Assembly (NCBI GenBank): GCA_951406725.2
Contig: OX597818.1
Span: 14,198,001-14,262,000, forward strand
Reading direction: 5' to 3'
Length of the DNA stretch: 64,000 nucleotides
From: Octopus vulgaris
Taxonomy: Eukaryota
The notes beneath the pieces are model-generated. The model saw only the letters and a list, made by a program, of their open reading frames with translations. It was not told the DNA's origin and made no database searches. Of the stretch, positions 55,442-64,000 are shown piece after piece (position 1 is the first letter of the stretch; the number at the start of each line of letters is the position of its first letter). The translations under genes and the position numbers were made by a program.

Positions 55442-56214
55442 TACCAAGGGTTCCCCAAAAGAAAGCGATATTATTTTACACTTTCATCGCCTTCAAAATA
55501 TTCTCCATTTGAAACAATGCATCGGTCCGGATACGTTCTTCACTATTCGAAGCTGTGATGGAACTCTTGTGAAGTGATACCTCTTAACGCCTCCGTTGTT
55601 TCTTTTCACCTCTTCCTCCGGATAAACGTCCAACTGTTCTTTCAGTTCAGGACAAGCATTCGGTCGTAACTGCTTTTGCCACAAATTTGGTGGCAACACT
55701 TTTCATTTCCTCGCTCAAAATTCGGTGGCAAGATCTCCAGGACACAACAGACATATCAACAACTCCGTCAGTTGTTCGTTGACGGTCCTCCAAGATCAGT
55801 GCATGACTTTTAATGTTTTCATTTGCTCAGGAGGTCGACGGACGCCCCGAACGAGGTTGGTCTTCAAGCAACAAGTGACCATTCCTAAAGAGTGAAAACC
55901 ACTCGCAAACTTGTATTATATTCATGGCACAGCGTCCTTGTAAGCTGTCTGTATCATGACAATTGTTTTGGCCGCCGGTTTTCTCCAGCATATAACAGGA
56001 TTTCACGGAAGCATGCTGTTCCTTCGTTTCAGCCATCGCAAAAGTCGACAACCAAGGCAGAAGTACTGCAAAACGAAGACACACCGTATAGCAGTAAAAA
56101 CTTGACTCGATAATGTCGGTCGGCATACTGATGCCTGATGGGGGCATCAAGTGCTTTCTAACAGCAGAAGCCTGAACCACAACATTTCCCTTTACTTTTG
56201 GGTATCTCCTTGTA
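55442..56214 (-). mobile_element. Internally deleted mariner-like DNA transposon
   Basis: N-terminal EQHASVKSC...VCEWFSLFRNG...LEDQPRSGRPSTS; C-terminal RCIVSNGEYFEGD; imperfect TIRs TACCAAGGGTTCCCCAAAAG / rc TACAAGGAGATACCCAAAAG; no DD34D region seen. Confidence 0.8.
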
Positions 56215-56241
56215 TTATAACTTTATATATTGCGAGTATTA

Positions 56242-56445
56242 AGACAGCGAGTTGACAGAATCGTTAGCATGCCGAGCGAAATACATAGCGGTATATTTCC
56301 GTCTATACGTTTTGAGTTGAAATTCCACTGAGGTATATTTGCCTTGGATCGTTTTGGCGTCGATATTATGAGTGCACTTGGGTCGGTGTAATCAATTTAC
56401 CACCTTCCTCAAAATTGCTGGCTTGTGCCAGAAATTGAAATCAAT
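56242..56445 (+). mobile_element. Diverged Deu/Nin-type SINE
   Basis: GCGAGTTGACAGAATCGTTAGCATGCC head; GCTTGTGCCAGAAATTGAAA tail. Confidence 0.7.
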
Positions 56446-56764
56446 ATATTGAGAGTTTTGCCTTTGTAGTTATGTTGCAATGTTAACAAAACCAATTTGT
56501 TAAACCTAAGAAATGAATAGGTACAAATTAGTGTATCTCTGTTCACTCCTTTACCAAACATCTTAGCTGTCTTGTTATCAAGACATTTGACGACACACCT
56601 TGTGAGCAATATAAAAGAAACCAGTCTTTGATTTCGCTTTTAAAATGAGTGGAAATTCGCAGAGAACTTATAGGTAATTATCTTCTATTCTGATGTAGAA
56701 TAATACTAATGATCATTTTGCTTTGAGTTGTGTATCAGATATTTTATCATCATATTTTTATTTA

Positions 56765-57196
56765 TGGCTTACTTGTTTCAGTCATTAGATTGCGGTCTTG
56801 CTGGGGCACCGCCTTGCAGAATTTTTAGTCGAATAAATCGATGCAAGTATAAAATTGTCTTCTTTACACCTGATACTTATTCCATCGGTCTTTTGGTCGA
56901 CCCGCTAGTTTACGGGGAAGTAAACATCCTAAACACCGGCTACCAAGTGGTGGTGGTGGTGGTGGTGGTGGGGAAACACTAACACACAATCACACACACA
57001 CGCACATGTATTTATTTATTTATTTATTTATTTATATACGACAATCTTCAGTTTCCGTCTACCAAATTAACTTACACGGTTTTGGTCGGCACGGGGCTAT
57101 GGTGGAAGACACTTTCCCAAGTTGTCGCGCACTAGGATTGAACTCGGAACCAGGTGTTTGGAAAACAAGCTCCTTACCACGCATCTACTCCTGCGA
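56765..57196 (-). mobile_element. Diverged CORE-like SINE
   Basis: Matches 53664-54098 (TTACTTGTTTCAGTCATT...TTTCCGTCTACCAAAT...CTCCTGCG). Confidence 0.8.
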
Positions 57197-57273
57197 CTAA
57201 ATATCGTTAAACACCCTCAGAATGCTTTTATGCATACAGGAGTGACTTCTTTTCTCTTTTCCTGTATATATAC

Positions 57274-57356
<83 letters not shown>

Positions 57357-57488
57357 CAGACAGATAGATAGATAGATGGATGGATGGATGGATGGATGGA
57401 TAGATAGATAGATATGTGTCTGTGTGCCTGTGTATGTGTGAATGTCTGTGCGAGTCTGCCTGTGAGTGTACGCGTGAAAGAATATATA

Positions 57489-58554
57489 TCTATATATATA
57501 AAATTCACCGTGTCTCCTCTATGCACGGCCAAACCGCTGCATCAATGTGTACTAAATTTGGCATGAAGGCTTTTCATTATTCGGGTAATGTTCTGGGGGC
57601 GTTTCAAATTTTAGCCCTTACCCATATAGGAGTATGTAGCCTCCCACCCTACAACCCTATGTTTTCAATGACGAATATTCCCAATATGCAAATAAAAACA
57701 TATTTTCAACACTTTGAATCATCACTTCCACCAATTTTTTAATTTATAATTTTTCAAGTTTCTTTTCAATCTACGCGGGAAAATACAGAGATTAAGAGTA
57801 TGGAAAAAAAAAAACCTTTTATTCCAAATTTTCTATGAAGAACTCTAAAATTGGTCCACACACCCACGTCACCGCATCCCGTTGTCTAAAACTGAAAATG
57901 GACTGCTAAATATAACAGCTAAATTTCTGAACTGCTAAGAATAACAGCGAAATGTATGGAAATTGTGTATGTGCGCGCGCAACAATTTCTACAGCTTATG
58001 CGAATTTACAGAGACACTAAACAGAAATATGTTTTACAAACCAGTGGTATACGTCGGTTTTGTTTTTACACTTTAAAGGTAAACGATTCTCATAGAAGCG
58101 AATAAGATATTAAATAATTCTCTGTCACACGTATACGTCACTATCTAACGCTTTTTAATTGTAATAATGAAACAAGGGGCTTAGTCATTACTGCTAAGAT
58201 GAATTTCTCTTGCAAAAGAGAGGATGACATTTTCTCTCTTTTTCAATATTTAATTAGAAGAGAGAATAATTTGTAACCAAAAACGTTGGGATTAATCCAA
58301 TGAATTGAAAGCAACGTGGTGTAAAAGTACTTTTCTAAACAAAATTTCTGTGTACAGTCATGTCGCGCGCGCGTTCATACCAACACTTTCACACAAAGGT
58401 TTGCTGATAAACATAGTTGTGACTGGATAAAAATTTAGTAAATATTTACAATAGCACCATACTCGCTAAATACTAACCATAACTGTAACCCTGAACCATA
58501 AATTTGTTTACAGCAGGGTCGACGTAGGGGTTCTCCGTTAAGAACCGGAACTAG
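57489..58554 (+). mobile_element. Non-autonomous Helitron with canonical termini
   Basis: A|TC 5' end at 57488/57489; 3' hairpin GGTTCT-CCGTTA-AGAACC then CTAG|T (58551-58555); no TSD. Confidence 0.75.
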
Positions 58555-58859
58555 TATAATCTAAAACTTAAATACAATGTTACACACAATATATGTCAAT
58601 TTTAGAAGAAAAAGAAACAGTAATGTTTCTAAATAACGAAAGATCTTCATATGGACACACGCCCAGAGGAAACTCGTATTACATTGATATAAGTCATTCA
58701 TTCATTCGGTCCTTTAAGCAATATACACTGTAGGATATCTTTCAATTCATACGACAAGCTTAATACATTTTAAAGTTTAATATTCATGTGCCGTAAGTTA
58801 GAGATATCAGCATGAGTTACTCAAACAATTATTCGTGGAATGGGCCTAATAAAATTAGC

Positions 58860-59195
58860 TAGAGTACACTCGATATTTCATATTTAATTCGGATGTGGCT
58901 ATTTCTATTTGGATAGGAATTAGAAAATGTTATATCTTGATAAACTTCCAATACATATTTTGGATATTTTTGAAACAACTTGCCTTGTTAACACTTGATA
59001 TTTCACATTTAAATCCGATATGAGTATTTATTCTTGGATATAGACTAAAAAATATTGTATGCTGATAACTTATATTGCCTATTTTTAATATTCTTGGAGC
59101 AACTCGATTTGTTAACACTGGATATTTCTATTTTAGATCAGATGTGAGTAACTATACTTGGATAGAGATTAAAAAACATTGTATGCTGATAACAT
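58860..59195. repeat. Three diverged tandem units of about 124 bp
   Basis: ACACT(C/T/G)GATATTTC..TTT recurs at about 58866, 58991 and 59115. Confidence 0.7.
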
Positions 59196-59396
59196 TACAT
59201 ACTAGCCGGCAAAGGGGGAGCACGCCTGCCCTCACCAAGCGAGGTCTGCAGCCCCCTCCTATACCATTTCCTGTACCCTTCTCAATTATACCACCGAGTA
59301 AATGGGAAGGGATTTGAGAAACCTCTCCCATATCATTCCAACTTCCCCTCTCCCGACCATCTCCCTTAACCCTCCTATTACTCACCATTCATGACA

Positions 59397-59720
59397 TTAT
59401 AATTTAACACACTCACCGATAAAGTTTCCACTCATTTATTTATATATTTTTCAAACATTTTCTTTGCGTCTTGCAACCTTTTCAATAGTCGTTGACTCAT
59501 TCCGTTATCCGAGCTGCGTTCTTTTTGTTTGTGCACATGTGTGTGGGTCAGTATGCGTGCGTACACACATGTTTGTATGTATGCATGTAAGTGGTTGAAA
59601 AGGTTGCAAGAGGCAACGAAAATTTTAGTAAGATAATTAAGTAAAAGAGTTGAAACTTTACCGGTACTGGGTTAAATTATAAGGCACTAAAAGAGAATGA
59701 CTCTCCCCAGACACACCAGC
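59397..59720. repeat. Foldback/MITE-like element with about 90-bp inverted arms (family of 5808-6008); further arm copy at 59893-60005
   Basis: TTATAATTTAACAC...TCTTGCAACCTTTTCAA pairs with TTGAAAAGGTTGCAAGA...GTTAAATTATAA. Confidence 0.75.
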
Positions 59721-60009
59721 ACATATCTATGATAAATAAAAGAAATAGAGATTGATATATAAAAAAAACTGGCGTATCTCCTTTCCGCGACTCTGAAAGA
59801 GGACAGATGATTGAAAATATGCTGTTTGACAGTACTCCCAGTGCATCCTACTATGTACTTCTGTGGGCCCGTGATGTCGTTGCGCCTGTTGCTGTGAGTG
59901 TGTTAAATTATAAGGCACTAAAATAGAATGACTCTTCTCAGACAAAACAGAATATGTTTCAACACACGAACTCACATAAAGAATGTTGCAAACCAAATAA
60001 AAAAACGAA

Positions 60010-60620
60010 ACAGATGGGATTAACGGAATCCGTGGAATGAAGACATCCTCACTATTATATTTGCCAGTGATAATTGTTGCTTCTAGGACACGCGGTTGCA
60101 TTGCTATCATCACCAGTCTGGTGCCATTGCACAGGCAAGGTGGATCCAGAATTCGAAGCAGAAGTTTTGGGGCAGCCTTTTAAAGTGTTGTGTGTTGGCA
60201 TCCCAGATGGCTGTAGAGAGTTCAGGAACTCAGTTGCAAACACTACAGCTTGGTCCTAATCAATGATAGTGTCAACAGGTGCAAGAGACCCAATTGGCTT
60301 TGCTGACAGCATCATTACGTGGAGCTATGATGGCTCGTTCATATAGCCATCTTCTGTTACTAAATTTTTGTGTAATGTTTGAAAACATGCATTTTGAGAT
60401 CATTCACAGTTAGTTTCATCTCACAACAGGGTAGCTTGTGTTCCTGTTGCTATTCTCTATATAGATGATAGCAAAGTGTGTATAAAATGAAATAAAAAAT
60501 TCTGGTTCAGTGACAGATCGAAGAAGTTAGTAAAATTTTAACACTTTTGGTAACAACATAATATCTCTTGCAATTAAATATTGAGAGAGAAAATGCTATC
60601 CTCTTTTTGCAAGAGAAATT
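60010..60620 (-). mobile_element. Helitron Pif1-like helicase remnant
   Basis: TEFLNSLQPSGMPTH, LCNGTRL, LEATIITGK...VFIPRIPLIPS. 60546-60620 is the reverse complement of 58205-58283 inside the non-autonomous Helitron. Confidence 0.85.
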
Positions 60621-60766
60621 AAGTTAACTTGGCTCGTGTAGGGTGCATGACATCGCCTGTAGCCCTTTGTAATGTCGAATGTGTACATGAACAACCTTTA
60701 GACCTTTATGGAGGGGATATTCTTTCGTTACAAATAGTATAGTTGTCAAACTCGATCACATGAGAT

Positions 60767-60858
60767 ATGATTGTCCGTGAATTTCCGTAAAAACTTTTGG
60801 TTACTTTACTCAATGATTGTCCGTGAATTTCCGTAAAAACTTTTTGTTTCTTTACTCA
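60767..60858. repeat. 46-bp tandem duplication
   Basis: ATGATTGTCCGTGAATTTCCGTAAAAACTTTT(G/T)GTT(A/T)CTTTACTCA occurs twice. Confidence 0.9.
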
Positions 60859-61543
60859 TTTAGAAGGCGACATTTGCTTTGATGTAAGAGCAGGAAGTGA
60901 AAGAGAGGGGAAAGTGAAAGGTGTATGTAGATGTATATGAAACGGAAGTGTGTGTGCGTATGAGAGAGGTGGAGAGTGAATGAAGGTGTTTGCTGTCGTA
61001 TATTATTTGCATGTATGTGTAACTGGCATTCTCTCTCTCCCTCAAACACACACACACACACACATCTTTGATATACACGTACATGCATACATCTTTTTCG
61101 TATGTGCGTGTATGCGTAAGAGAGAGTGAGTGAAGGTGCATGTTGTCATGTATATGTAAGTGGCACTCTCTGTCTCTCTTTCTCTGTCTCTCTCACTATC
61201 TTTCATATACACGTACATACATAAATGCATATGCAACAACTTCTTAGTATGTGTATGTGTGCGAGAGAGAGAGATAGAGAGAAACAGAGAGAGTGAGTGA
61301 AAATGTGTTCTATGTATGTATTTTTTGCATGTATGTGTAAGTGGCACTCACTCTCTGTCACATACACACGCACACATTACTTTCATATACATGTCATACA
61401 TAAATACAGAGAGAGAGAGAGAGAGAGTGGGTGCTGTTTACACCTACATAACAAGACGCCTTCACTCAATCACATCTCACACACACGCGTCCATCTTTCA
61501 CTTTCTCCTCTCTTTCATGCCATGGAGATAGACAGATAGACAG

Positions 61544-61597
<54 letters not shown>

Positions 61598-61731
61598 CTA
61601 ATGGTTTATATACACAGATTCACACACACTAAATATGCATATACATATATATATATGTGTGTGCCTGTGTGTGTATAAGCATGTGCGTGTGCGATTATAT
61701 ATAGGTATGCATATGTATATACACAGGGAAG

Positions 61732-61762
<31 letters not shown>

Positions 61763-63840
61763 TAGTGAGAAGGATTTACCTGTTTCTCCACGTTTGTACC
61801 CTTCAATATATATTAAATTACACACATAAAAAATTTACTCCGATTTGTTAATGTAAGAATATAAAATTTTAGACGTTAGGAAAACGAAGTGGGGAGAAGG
61901 AAGGTTGATAGATGGAGTTATCAAACGGATGTTTTATGAACACAACTAATTCTCAGAAGAAATATTGTTTCAATTTTATTTATGTAAAAAAAAAGAAATT
62001 AAGTATTTTAATTGCATCCCAGCTCCATGTTAATTTCATGTGAATATTGCCATATAAACTAAACGCATTATACAAGTATAATCGAAGTTATTTATTTTTG
62101 ATTATTTCACATGCAGATTACTCATAGCTCCGAAAACTGTCTAATTACTTTTATAGTTCTCTCATAAACAAACGTTTCAATTATACATAACGTGGTATCT
62201 ATTGCGATTTTCCTGAGTGTTTAGTTCCCACACAAAATGATTTACACATTTTACGCCTTCAAGATTTATATCAATTTTATGTTTTCTAACGTAATCTATG
62301 TGAAGTCTTCAAATTTAATATCCTTTTCCAGATGAGAGCTAGGGAAATATTTTCACAATGCTTTTACGACAGGGTAACATCTAATTTTATCAAAAACACA
62401 GTACCGCATCAATCATATAAAATGAAATTAGTCCTTTATATTACACACTTCTCGGCTCTAAATATTTGAAGATTTCTCGAGTAGTTATCTTTTTAACACC
62501 ACTTGAAGAAAACGAGTAGTCACACAAATATTGAAATGGCACAAAATGTTGCTACAAAATAAATATATGCACATTCTCTTCCAATAGGTAAATTTTAAAT
62601 CTATTTTTCCATTTATTTATTTCACAAGCGCATTACTCAAAGCAGCAATTAATTTCCAGTTGGCCATGCACTGCTTTCAGTGAATAAATGCCTACATCAA
62701 AGGAAGTGAGATCTGTATTTTAAAGAGGATATATGTCTTCTTACATGCCTTTGTGTATATATAAGTACATACCTACACACACACACACATATATATATAT
62801 AGGTATGTATACATGTTTGTATGTATGTATGTATGTATGTAAGTATGCATGTATTATGTATGTATGTATGTATATGTAAATATGCACGTATACATACATA
62901 TATGTATGCATGCGGATGTCAATAATTACTATATGCAATACATATACAAAATGCACAATTTTTCTATCTGTATTCGTAAATATATTTTTATGTATATATA
63001 CGTACACAATATTTGTGTGAGTGTATGTGTGCGTGCGTGCGTGTGTACATATGTATGCATAAACACACACTAAGACACACAAACAAGCGGAAATGCACAC
63101 ATGTACATATACATATGTATGTGTGTATGTGTGTATAACCATATATGTCTAATTTATAAAGAGCTTTCGTTCTAATGGAGTCTATTAAATATTGAGTAGT
63201 ATATTTTCTTAAAATATAAAAGGGAACAAGCTTCTAAGAAAAGAAAAATCAATATTTTAAGCAATTCCATTGCCATTGCTATAATAAATATAGTTCTATG
63301 AAATTCAGCATAAAATACGAAGATTTGTTTCTTAGTGAAAGACAACCAAACAATCCAAAAAGACGAAGCCTCTCCTACTTTATCATTCATTTATAAAATC
63401 AAATTCGTAAACATTACTTACAATGTGTACCCCTACTCAACGTCAATATCCATCTGAATAGTTTGTATGGCCATATTTTTATATAAACACCCGTTCAGGT
63501 GCACATATCCACAAACATACACACACGCACACACACACAAACGCACAGACAAACAGATACAGGCACTCACATATGCACACACATATATATATATATGTGG
63601 GGAAGATGGTTAAGCGTGGATACACAGATATATGCTATGTATATATACGCACAACGTATATATATATACGCAAAACGTAGATATATGTGCGTATATAAGA
63701 ATACATAAATTTATATATTTATATATATATAAATATATAAATTATATCTATATATATATATATATATAGATATAGATATATATAGACACATATGTATATC
63801 TGTATGTATATGTACACGAATATTTAAATATATATGCATA

Positions 63841-63906
<66 letters not shown>

Positions 63907-64000
63907 ATGTATATATTACGTATCTCTATAAATATTATACATGTATGTATACATTATATATCTATGTGTATTATATATATATATATATATGATATATAAA

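Larger units (their letters stand above)
54220..63280 (-). pseudogene. Decayed TLR-like pseudogene (copy 7), fragmented by mariner, SINEs and Helitrons
   Basis: Leader-like MELLKILIFLFLEACSLL (about 63270); DLTSFDVGIYSLKAV (62669-62713); RNLQIFRAEKCVI (62439-62477); TM-like CIVFFMFLMIFEMNVLVIKHK (ORF 54488-54766); TIR-like SDIFVLS (about 54402-54422) and NLCTVNKIPG*YILGN (54256-54303). Continuity across the insertions is inferred. Confidence 0.4.

Noticed and set aside
58860-60858. CRISPR-like repeat-spacer array
   Set aside because: The repeats are contiguous tandem units without unique spacers, in a eukaryotic context.

Overview
AT-rich, repeat-dense eukaryotic DNA. The SINE families and microsatellite load look like a cephalopod (Octopus-like) genome, which is my inference. 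I found no intact host protein-coding gene. Mobile elements include an R4/Dong-type RLE LINE embedded in (TAA)n, further R4-type remnants, an end-to-end Tx1/L1-type LINE with a 16-bp TSD inside a SINE head, Tx1, CR1 and Penelope remnants, Helitron Rep/helicase remnants, two non-autonomous Helitrons with CTAG 3' ends, a deleted mariner and about 12 tRNA-derived SINEs. The most interesting signal lies in the 'unique' DNA between the repeats. Manual translation across stops and frameshifts repeatedly gives LRR, LRRCT/LRRNT, transmembrane and TIR-like motifs in the correct order. This suggests an array of roughly 6-8 heavily decayed, apparently intronless Toll-like receptor pseudogenes on both strands (moderate confidence; needs frameshift-aware HMM confirmation). 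Three near-identical local inverted duplications also occur.
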